This document shows positions 18,400-26,319 of a stretch of 64,000 nt of DNA, piece after piece. The stretch is from Bdellovibrionales bacterium (GTDB lineage: Bacteria; Bdellovibrionota; Bdellovibrionia; Bdellovibrionales; UBA1609), in assembly GCA_965242635.1 (NCBI GenBank), contig OZ251471.1, forward strand, positions 1,332,322 to 1,396,321, written 5' to 3'. Each line of letters begins with the position of its first letter. Position 1 is the first letter of the stretch. A model generated the notes under the pieces. That model saw nothing but the letters and a program-made list of their open reading frames with translations. It searched no databases and was not told the DNA's origin. Made by a program: the position numbers and the translations under genes.

Positions 18400-19377
18400 A
18401 TGTGGTTTTGGGATGGGGTCATTTTGGTCTTTGGTCTGTGTGCTTTAATCAAGGGGGCGGACCTTCTGGTGCAAAAGTCCGCTCTTTTGTGTAGACGCTT
18501 TTCTCTCTCCCCTTTCTTTGTGGGGGTGGTGCTCCTGGGCATGGGCACCTCCGCCCCGGAGGCCGGGGTGTCAGCCCTATCCTCCCTAAAGGGTCTCTCT
18601 CATCTGGCGGTGGGAAATGTTTTTGGGTCCAATATTTTTAATATCCTGTTGGTTTTGGGCTTGATACTTTTTCAACCTCTTCCCTTAAAAAAAATCACCG
18701 GCAGAAAAAAGGACATCTGGTTTTTGGTTTTGACCGGGTTTGTTCTGGGCCCTTTGATGTGGGACCTTTTTCTCTCACGCCTGGAGGCTTTTTTATTAAG
18801 CCTTTTGTTTTTTGGCTATATGCTGATCTGTTACTTTAACTCCGGCCGGGAGGCAAAAGATCTCCTGACCGGGGGAGGGCCGGCAACAGCCAGGCTCCCG
18901 GTGGGTTCTTTTGGTTTGGCGGGCCTTTCTTTTTGGATGGGTTTGGGCTTTTTGTTGTTGGCGGGGGGGGCACATCTGACAGTGATGGGGGCAGAGGGGC
19001 TGGGACGAAGATGGGGCATTTCAGAAAGAATACTGGGGCTTTTGGTGGTGTCGGCGGGCACCAGCCTTCCGGAGTTTGTGGCCTCTTTGACGGCACTGAT
19101 AAAAGGGCATAAGGACATGGCAATAGGTAATATTATTGGCTCCAATGTGTTTAACACTTTTGCCATTTTGAGCCTGGCTGTGTGGATTAGACCAGCCCCT
19201 TTGGATATGAAAATGCTGGTCCTGGACCTGCCCGCCCTTTGGATCACTCATCTTCTTTTGTTGGTTCTCATTTTTGGATACCACCTGAAGTGGGTGCAAA
19301 AAGTTCTGCCTTATGTGTTTTTTATGGCCTACGGGGCCTTTCTTCTAAGCCTCTTTCTTTATCCTGAGGCGGGATAA
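18400..19377 (+). CDS. Ca2+/Na+ antiporter (YrbG family)
   Basis: Two alpha repeats GTSAPE/GTSLPE and GNVFGSNIFN/GNIIGSNVFN; AAGGAG before ATG 18400. Confidence 0.93.
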   Translation: MWFWDGVILVFGLCALIKGADLLVQKSALLCRRFSLSPFFVGVVLLGMGTSAPEAGVSALSSLKGLSHLAVGNVFGSNIFNILLVLGLILFQPLPLKKITGRKKDIWFLVLTGFVLGPLMWDLFLSRLEAFLLSLLFFGYMLICYFNSGREAKDLLTGGGPATARLPVGSFGLAGLSFWMGLGFLLLAGGAHLTVMGAEGLGRRWGISERILGLLVVSAGTSLPEFVASLTALIKGHKDMAIGNIIGSNVFNTFAILSLAVWIRPAPLDMKMLVLDLPALWITHLLLLVLIFGYHLKWVQKVLPYVFFMAYGAFLLSLFLYPEAG

Positions 19378-19487
19378 CACCTCCAAGCCAATTTTGGTAT
19401 AAGTGTGTAAATTTTTCACGGTTACAGGGGATAAAACTCAAATAATGCCTCTTCTCTAAAAAAAATCACAGGGTTTGGATATTTTTC

Positions 19488-19516
19488 TTGACAAAAACCT
19501 GTTCAAGGCACATAAT
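19488..19516 (+). promoter_or_regulatory. Sigma70-type promoter, probably leaderless
   Basis: TTGACA-17nt-CATAAT-7nt-ATG(19524), no SD. Confidence 0.55.
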
Positions 19517-19523
19517 GTAAAAC

Positions 19524-19877
19524 ATGGAAAAAAGAGAAAAAAACCCATCTTTGGAACCCTCTGGTGAGGAAAAAGCCTTTGTCTGCCAACAGGCCATGGA
19601 GCTTGGGCCTTTTTTGGCCGGAAGTGGCGGGGGCCCTGTGGCGGTGGTTTTGGAAAAAAACAAAGGGAAAAAAGGTGAACGTTTTGCCGTCACCTTTATT
19701 TTGATTCCCGACAAGTTCAATATCAAAATTCGGGCCAAGGGGGATAATCTTTTTGATGTCTGTAAGGATGCCAAAGATCAGGCCAAAAAAACCTTAAGCC
19801 TTATCATGAACCAGCAGGATTCCCCCATGAGGGATATGCACATGGCTCATCTCAAAAAATTCCCTTACCTTCAATAA
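19524..19877 (+). CDS. Hypothetical protein (weak HPF/RaiA-like appearance)
   Basis: 117-aa ORF with its own promoter; 'IRAKGDNLFDVCKDAKDQAKKTL' recalls the HPF helix. Not confirmed. Confidence 0.55.
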   Translation: MEKREKNPSLEPSGEEKAFVCQQAMELGPFLAGSGGGPVAVVLEKNKGKKGERFAVTFILIPDKFNIKIRAKGDNLFDVCKDAKDQAKKTLSLIMNQQDSPMRDMHMAHLKKFPYLQ

Positions 19878-21117
19878 AATTCACAGGAAAGCCCAGCTTT
19901 TTTAACAGGGCCTTTTGGTTTGGTTTGGAAAGGCTGGTCAGAGGAAGAGCGGGAACAATATAAAGGGCCTGGATTTTTTCAAAAGGGGATACTTTCCTGT
20001 TAAATTCCCGGATGGTGCCAATGAGGGCTTTTTGGTTCCAAATATCTGTTGTCACAGTGATTTGCCAGCCTTCTCTTTCAGAGGGAAGAGGCAGGAGATA
20101 AGCCCGCCCAGCAAAAGAATTTTTGAGCAAAAGACGGGTGAATCGATCTTTTAGATCAGGAATATCCACTTTTTCCCCCAATATTTTGATGAATTCCGCT
20201 CTTCCCACCTGCAAAAACCGGCCTTTTTGGACTTTTCCCAGATCTCCTGTCTTATACCAGGAATTTTTACGGTTTTGAAAGTGTATATTAAATGGGGCAG
20301 ATTTTGCCGCAGGAGCTGGTTTATTTAACAGAGGGGGGGCAAGAGGGACAAAGCCCGTGAGCAGGCTTTCTGACTTGAGAATGATCTCCCCTTTGATGAT
20401 TTTGACCTCAACATGAGGGAGTATTTTTAAAGCCGGCAAAGAGGAGGGGTCTTTCAGGGAGCCGGGTTCTGCTGTGGCCACCTGAGAGCCACACTCGGTC
20501 AGGCCATAAGTGGGAAGAAGAGGCCATTTGAGGGCCCGGGCCAACTGATAAAGACCGGGGCTTAAGCTCTCCCCGCCCACCAAAGCCAGCCTGAGGGCCG
20601 GGGGGGCCGGGAGCTTGGCCTGAACCAAATCATAAACCTGTGTGGGCACAAGAGAGCAAAGGCTGATTTTTTTCTCTTTTAAAAAATAACAAAAAGCTTT
20701 GGCCCCCCACTTTTTCCTGTAGACAAAGCAGGGGCTTTGAGAGAGATGGGCCCGGGCGGTTATGGCCAGCCCTCCCACATGAAAAAGGGGCAAACAAAGC
20801 CCCCATCGGTCTTTTGAGCTGACTTCAAGGTGCTGATTGACGGCCTGAGCGGAGATCAGCATGGCTTTTTTGGAAAGAGCCACCCATTTTTGCTGTGTGC
20901 GACCGGAGGTGGCGAGCCACACATGCCCTTTCAAACGGGGGAGCCGGGGAATGGAATTTAAAAAAAGGGCTTTATTCGCATGCTTTTTATTAAAAAAAAG
21001 TGAGGTTCTTTCTGAATCCCAATCCACTTTTGAGGGATTGATTTGATACAGTTTGGGGGTGGGGCCAGGGCCAGGGCTTGGCTTATGGGGGAGAGCTCTT
21101 TTTGGTTTCCGAATCAT
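19852..21117 (-). CDS. menE: O-succinylbenzoate-CoA ligase-like AMP-binding enzyme
   Basis: TSGRT, LPLFHVGGL, SLVPTQ, YGLTECGSQ, TGDLG, GEKV. Confidence 0.8.
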   Translation of the reverse strand: MIRKPKRALPHKPSPGPGPTPKLYQINPSKVDWDSERTSLFFNKKHANKALFLNSIPRLPRLKGHVWLATSGRTQQKWVALSKKAMLISAQAVNQHLEVSSKDRWGLCLPLFHVGGLAITARAHLSQSPCFVYRKKWGAKAFCYFLKEKKISLCSLVPTQVYDLVQAKLPAPPALRLALVGGESLSPGLYQLARALKWPLLPTYGLTECGSQVATAEPGSLKDPSSLPALKILPHVEVKIIKGEIILKSESLLTGFVPLAPPLLNKPAPAAKSAPFNIHFQNRKNSWYKTGDLGKVQKGRFLQVGRAEFIKILGEKVDIPDLKDRFTRLLLKNSFAGRAYLLPLPSEREGWQITVTTDIWNQKALIGTIREFNRKVSPFEKIQALYIVPALPLTSLSKPNQKALLKKLGFPVNFIEGKGIF

Positions 21118-21246
21118 AGCCCCCCTGATACACTATTTTTTGATATAAAAAAAGCCCCCCGGCAAAAGAGGGTCTGCCGGGGCCCCAAGCTCCCGGAATT
21201 TTTAAAGCCTGCTAATGGTCTATTTGCTTGGCGGAGGCTTGTTTTT

Positions 21247-21537
21247 TTACCCCAGCTGACGGGTTATAGGGGCTGGACCCACTTCTTCTGTTTCAGAACC
21301 ATCAAACTCCTCTCCACGCTCTGTTTCCTCTTCTTCTGTATCCCCCTCTTCTTCTGTATCCCCCTCCTTGCCCTCTTCTTTATTTTCTTCCTTGTTTTCC
21401 CCGTCGGGTGGGTTTTTGACCGGATCGGGCCGGGCGTTCTGGCTTATAGAGAACTGATGATCTTTAAAGCCCCCCGGTTCCTTTAAAGGGGCACAATTTA
21501 AAATAAGGGACAAAAGAACAAAAATGAGCCATTTCAT
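21247..21537 (-). CDS. Small lipoprotein with acidic low-complexity tail
   Basis: MKWLIFVLLSLILNC signal/lipobox-like start after AGGAGA; E/G-rich tail. Confidence 0.6.
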   Translation of the reverse strand: MKWLIFVLLSLILNCAPLKEPGGFKDHQFSISQNARPDPVKNPPDGENKEENKEEGKEGDTEEEGDTEEEETERGEEFDGSETEEVGPAPITRQLG

Positions 21538-21764
21538 ATATCTTCTCCTTTTTCCTGGGCTAAAGGCCACTCTCTTTTTATCGGCTTTGGTCCTGATTTT
21601 CTTAAGCCTTTTGACGGGCCGGCCCCCAGGGACCGCATAAAAGAGACATCCGGGGGGCCAAAACCGTCCAAAAGTGTCCAAGTTGGCCTTTCTCGACAAA
21701 TCTTATTTCTGTGGTATAGTGGGTATGAGTATGGGGGGGGTATAAATTTATCAGCAATAACCGG

Positions 21765-21792
21765 TTGACAAAGCTTGTTTCTGTGCTATAAT
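21765..21792 (+). promoter_or_regulatory. Sigma70-type promoter giving a leaderless transcript
   Basis: TTGACA-16nt-TATAAT-6nt-ATG(21799); degenerate upstream duplicate at 21693-21730. Confidence 0.8.
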
Positions 21793-21798
21793 GGGTGT

Positions 21799-22059
21799 AT
21801 GAGTTTAAACAAAATCTTGGCCGTTTGTGGCTTTCTTATTCTTTACACAGGATTGCTCTTTGGTGGGTGGGCATGGATGCTTAATGCTCAGACTAAACAA
21901 ATAGAGGCGAAAATAGAGCCTATAAAAGAGCTATTGACCAACCATATCACTGATACCAACAAAAAGATTGAAGAAAACAGCAGAAAAATTGATCGGTTAA
22001 GCGACCGGTTTGACCGGCTTTATGAATTGCTTTTAAAGGAAAAAACCAAAAAACCCTGA
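21799..22059 (+). CDS. N-terminal TM / coiled-coil protein, NHITDTNK family copy B
   Basis: TM helix, LTNHITDTNKK, C-terminal DRFDRLYELLLKEK similar to copies C and D. Confidence 0.8.
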   Translation: MSLNKILAVCGFLILYTGLLFGGWAWMLNAQTKQIEAKIEPIKELLTNHITDTNKKIEENSRKIDRLSDRFDRLYELLLKEKTKKP

Positions 22060-22078
22060 ATCCAATTGGAGGCCCATT

Positions 22079-22651
22079 ATGAAAGTAATAATTTTCCTTG
22101 GTCTTAGCTTGGCAGGCTGTGTGACTAGTGGGCTTAAAACCCGGTCTGTGGCCCGTGAAGACTGTAATATTGAGAATTATCAGGATTTTATAAACAAGTC
22201 AGGTGTTCATAATTGCGATTTAGCTGGAGCAAATTTTGACCATGCGGACTTAAAAGCGGCGAATTTTGCCGGGGCTAATTTGAAAGGGGCAAGTTTGGTC
22301 CATGCGAAGTTGGTCCGGGCACGCCTGAGAGAGGCTGATTTGGCTTCTGCGGATTTGATGGGTGCGAATTTAGAAGGGGCGGATGTGGCCTCTGCGAATT
22401 TTGCCGGGGCTAGTTTACAAGGAGTGCAATTGGCTTTTGCGTATTTGGAAAGGGCGAACTTGGAAAAGGCGGATTTAAGCCATGCACGACTGGAAGAGAC
22501 GAATTTGATCGGGGCCAATAACTTGGAAAAGGCCAATCTAAAAGGAGCAAGAGTCACTGTTTCCATGGGAGGTTTTTTAAAGTCAAAAGGCTTAAGTGGC
22601 TTTGTTGTTGATTCTTCTTATCGGAAGAGGCGGGGTTGGATAGCACAGTAA
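22079..22651 (+). CDS. Pentapeptide-repeat lipoprotein
   Basis: Lipobox LAGC; many A(D/N)Lxx repeats (ANFDHADLKAANFAGANLKGA...). Confidence 0.9.
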   Translation: MKVIIFLGLSLAGCVTSGLKTRSVAREDCNIENYQDFINKSGVHNCDLAGANFDHADLKAANFAGANLKGASLVHAKLVRARLREADLASADLMGANLEGADVASANFAGASLQGVQLAFAYLERANLEKADLSHARLEETNLIGANNLEKANLKGARVTVSMGGFLKSKGLSGFVVDSSYRKRRGWIAQ

Positions 22652-22792
22652 GTCAAAAGATCATGGCATTATGTTGGGTTTCAAAAGGCTAAAAATGACC
22701 AAAAAATTCGGTAAAAATTCGGATTTCCGAATTTTTTTGTCTCAAAACCCCCTTTTTGGCCCTCCATTTCCTTTCCGCTGTTTGCATATCCT

Positions 22793-24235
22793 TTGGGTAT
22801 GAACATTTTTTCTTTTACTCATGATGGGGATAAGATCATCCCGGTGGAAGTGGAGCTGAGCCTGGTGCCGGGTCTTCCGCAGACCCAGTTTACAGGTCTG
22901 GCCGATGTGGCCATCAAAGAGAGCATTATGCGAATCAAGTCCGCCGTTCAGGCCCAGGGCTTTGAATGGCCGAAGACCCGGCAGATGATTATCAATCTTC
23001 GCCCCGCCCACTTGAAAAAAAGCTCTCAGGGCATGGATTTGGCCATTGCCACGGCCTTGCTTTGGAAAACCGGGCAAATAAGCCCCCCACCCGATATGTC
23101 CTCCCCTTTCCATGTCTATGGGGAGCTTTCTCTCAGCGGAAAAGTCCTGGCCCCCTCAGATTGGGAAAGCCTGCCCCCTCAAAGAGGAGGCATCCTGACA
23201 GGCCAGACAGGGACAGAAAACCACCTTTGCCCTTTGTTTCAGGTCTCCTCCCTTAGTGAGCTTTCCAACCCGGTTTTTGTGCCGGCCAAACCTTTGGAGA
23301 CACTGTTAAAAAAACCTGATCTTCCGGACATCTCCTTTTCAGAGGCGGGGGCACATATTCTGGCGGTTTCTGCCACCGGAGAGCACTCTTTGCTTTTGGC
23401 CGGAGAGGCCGGGTCGGGAAAAAGCACCCTGGCAGAACACTTGCCCCTCCTTCTGCCTCCCCCCTCTCTTGACGAGTTTAAGGTCACCCGCCGGATATGG
23501 TCCCGCATGGGGCAGGAGTTAAACTGGAGACCTTTTGTCCGCCCTCATCACAGTGCCACCCCTTTGGCCATGACGGGAGGGGGTTATCCTCTGTTTTTTG
23601 GTGAAATCACCAAAGCCCACGGTGGAGTGCTGTTCATGGATGAATATTTGGAATTTCACCCCAGAGTTCAGGAGGCCTTGAGAGAACCTGTGGAAAAAGG
23701 GGAGATCTGTATTGCCCGAAGGGGCAAGAGTGAGTGGTTTCCCGCCCGTTTTTTATTGGTGTCGGCCACCAATCTTTGCCCTTGTGGGGATTTGGTGCCG
23801 GGTCGGGCCTCTCCCTGTTCTTATTCCCTGAGAAGATGTTTTTCTCATCTGGAAAGGCTTAACGGCCCCATGCTGGACCGCTTTGATATACTGGCTTTTT
23901 CTCCCCAGTGGAACAGGAAAAAACTGACTGTGCCTTTAAAAGACATCCATAAAAGAGTGGAGAGGGCATGGCAGTTCAGGGAAAAAAGAAATCAGGAAAA
24001 ACCCAACAGCCTTCTTTCACTTCAGGAGCTTTATCTCTCTCTCAATGATGTGGCCAAAAAACTTCACACTTCCTCTTTTTCCTCCAAAAGAAGGGGGAAA
24101 GCCCTTTTGAAAGTGGCCCGCACTTTGGCGGACCTGAAGGGGGAGGAGGAGGTGGGCTTAAATCATATTGAAGAGGCCAAGGAGTTAAGCCTCATCCCCT
24201 TTGTGGCTCTCAAAAACCGGGACGGCTTTCCCTGA
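22793..24235 (+). CDS. comM: ComM/YifB Mg-chelatase-like AAA+ ATPase
   Basis: GLPQTQFTGL...IKES, INLRP..KK...DLAIA, RPFVRPHH, AHGGVLFMDE, ALREPVE, NLCPCG, GPMLDRFD. Confidence 0.9.
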   Translation: MGMNIFSFTHDGDKIIPVEVELSLVPGLPQTQFTGLADVAIKESIMRIKSAVQAQGFEWPKTRQMIINLRPAHLKKSSQGMDLAIATALLWKTGQISPPPDMSSPFHVYGELSLSGKVLAPSDWESLPPQRGGILTGQTGTENHLCPLFQVSSLSELSNPVFVPAKPLETLLKKPDLPDISFSEAGAHILAVSATGEHSLLLAGEAGSGKSTLAEHLPLLLPPPSLDEFKVTRRIWSRMGQELNWRPFVRPHHSATPLAMTGGGYPLFFGEITKAHGGVLFMDEYLEFHPRVQEALREPVEKGEICIARRGKSEWFPARFLLVSATNLCPCGDLVPGRASPCSYSLRRCFSHLERLNGPMLDRFDILAFSPQWNRKKLTVPLKDIHKRVERAWQFREKRNQEKPNSLLSLQELYLSLNDVAKKLHTSSFSSKRRGKALLKVARTLADLKGEEEVGLNHIEEAKELSLIPFVALKNRDGFP

Positions 24236-24462
24236 AACCAGCTGGATCCATTATCCAGTCGGACTTGAGAAACCTTTATTTTTGAGTCCGCTTAAGAAGA
24301 TCATTTTTTGACCTCTGCCCATTTTTAGTAATATTTATGACAATAAAACAGACAAGTGTGTAAAATTTACACTGAGTTTACTTTTTATGCTGGATTTTTA
24401 TTTTTTTTTAAAGGGTTCCTGATTTTTGTGGTATTAAATAAGCAGGCCCTGAAAAATTTGTG

Positions 24463-24550
24463 TTGAGTTACTCGTGTTCAAAGTCCGCCCCGTTTCGGGA
24501 CGGAATACCTTGGACCCTCACGGCACGGACTTTGAACACAAGTACTTAAT
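24463..24550 (+). repeat. Palindromic element copy 1 (14-bp perfect stem; core cgtttcgggacgg...ctcacggcacgg)
   Basis: gtgttcaaagtccg (24474-24487) pairs with cggactttgaacac (24526-24539); close homologue at 41621-41700 on the minus strand. Confidence 0.85.
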
Positions 24551-24591
24551 GACGTACTCTTTTTAGGGCCTTTAAAATAAGGAGAGAATTA

Positions 24592-26088
24592 ATGAAATAT
24601 TTGTTTTGTAGGGTTTTCAGGACTTTATATCTGCCTTGGCTTTTATTTTCGTCCATGGCTTTTGGGGCTTTGCCGGCGGTGGAAAGTGCCTTGTATGAAG
24701 ATACTGTTAAAGAGACACAGCTTGAGGTGGTTTTTTTTGAAAGAGAGGGGCAAAACCTTGTTCCCTCCTGCCGGGTGCCGGTGACGGATTACCCGGAAAT
24801 GGAGCAAGTGGATCTTCCTTTTTCCTTCTTGCATGAGCTGTCTGAACCAAAGGGCCACGAAGTGTCTCTTGAAGAAGGGCTGGAGTCAGGAAATGAATCC
24901 CTGGCCCGCTTTGATCTTGAGCCTTGTGCTCCGGACTTAAGTGCCAGACTGGCCGAAAGGGCAGAGCACTTTCAATTATATCCTCAGGTGGCGGTGGCTA
25001 TGCTTCCAGCTTTAGGGTCAGCCCTTGCAAGAGGCAGTGTTTTATTGAGCAAAATACCCAAGCGTTCAGTTGTAGGGACGGGCGTGATAGGTAGTGTGAA
25101 TGTGGCGTCATGTTTTTTGGCGGGTGGCATGGTAGGGCTTGGTGTTTACACACATATAACAGAGGAACAAGCTAAAATTCGTGCTTTGAATGCCGAGAGG
25201 CTGGATTGGGGATGGGTAAACTATGCACCAACAAGCGGTCAGATTTTAGCGGGGGGTGGGGCTACTGCCGGATCTGCTTTGGGTGCCGTTCAAACTCATG
25301 CTTACTTGCCTGCTTTCATGAAGAATAGGAGATCCTTAAAAAACCAAGTATTTCATCGCACCTTGGTTGGAGCCAGTGCGGCAGTGGGAATTGTATGCTC
25401 TGCGGCCGGGGGGGCTGTGGGGTATTTTAGTGCTTATGCTCAAAAAGCCGAATCTGCCTTGGAGAGATCTCAAGAGGCACTAAGTGAGTTTTTCCGTGCT
25501 TTGCCAGAGGCCTACCACCAAACGGTGGAGCAGGAAATAAAATCGCGGGAAAACCTCACCACAGCCCATGAAACAATTGACCGGCTAACTTCAGAGATAA
25601 AAGCCGGGATCATAGCCCAAGAGACACTGGAAAAACAGCTGGCGGAGAAACAAGCCGAGCTGGCGAACACCCAGAGCCTGTTGGAGCAAAGCCAAGTCGA
25701 GTTGACACAGGCACAAAACGAATTGAAAGAGGCTGAGGGGACGCGTGATGAGCTGTCCCAAGCCTTGCAGAAGGAATACCACCGCTCCGTTGAACAGGAA
25801 AGGAGAGCACGGGAGGATTTAAGCAAAGCCCATCAAACAATTGACCGGTTAACTTCAGACATAAAGGCCGGGATCATAGCCCAAGAGGCACTGAAAACAC
25901 AGGTGGCAGAAAAACAAGCCGAGCTGGTGAACACCCAGAGCCTGTTGGAGCAAAGCCAAGTCGAGTTGACACAGGCACAAAACGAATTGAAAGAGGCTGA
26001 GGAAACACGTGATGAGCTGTCCCATGCTTTGCAGGAGGAATACCGCCAATCTGTTGAGCAGAGAATAGAAGACAGCCCGTCGCCATAA
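24592..26088 (+). CDS. Secreted protein with Gly-rich hydrophobic helices and duplicated coiled-coil tail
   Basis: AAGGAG RBS, signal peptide ending AFG, GxxxG-rich segments, 88-aa tandem coiled-coil repeat. Confidence 0.8.
   Translation: MKYLFCRVFRTLYLPWLLFSSMAFGALPAVESALYEDTVKETQLEVVFFEREGQNLVPSCRVPVTDYPEMEQVDLPFSFLHELSEPKGHEVSLEEGLESGNESLARFDLEPCAPDLSARLAERAEHFQLYPQVAVAMLPALGSALARGSVLLSKIPKRSVVGTGVIGSVNVASCFLAGGMVGLGVYTHITEEQAKIRALNAERLDWGWVNYAPTSGQILAGGGATAGSALGAVQTHAYLPAFMKNRRSLKNQVFHRTLVGASAAVGIVCSAAGGAVGYFSAYAQKAESALERSQEALSEFFRALPEAYHQTVEQEIKSRENLTTAHETIDRLTSEIKAGIIAQETLEKQLAEKQAELANTQSLLEQSQVELTQAQNELKEAEGTRDELSQALQKEYHRSVEQERRAREDLSKAHQTIDRLTSDIKAGIIAQEALKTQVAEKQAELVNTQSLLEQSQVELTQAQNELKEAEETRDELSHALQEEYRQSVEQRIEDSPSP
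25563..26060 (+). repeat. Intragenic 264-bp (88-aa) tandem duplication
   Basis: agcccat(g/c)aaacaattgacc at 25563 and 25827; long identical blocks follow. Confidence 0.9.
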
Positions 26089-26319
26089 TAAATAATCGGA
26101 CCTGAAAAGACCTGATATTTGAGCAATTGGTCCTTGTTTTAAGCAGTTTGTTTCCAAGAACTGTCAGGCTGAACAATAATGCAGTGCGTCTTAAAATCCG
26201 GCTTTTATTGGCCGGGCTTTTCTTAAAATTCAGTTAAACACCCCCAAGTCCATAAAACAGTGAAAAAATCATTAAAAGTCTTTGGATCGGTCCAAAAAAG
26301 CTGATAGTCTTGAATCATT

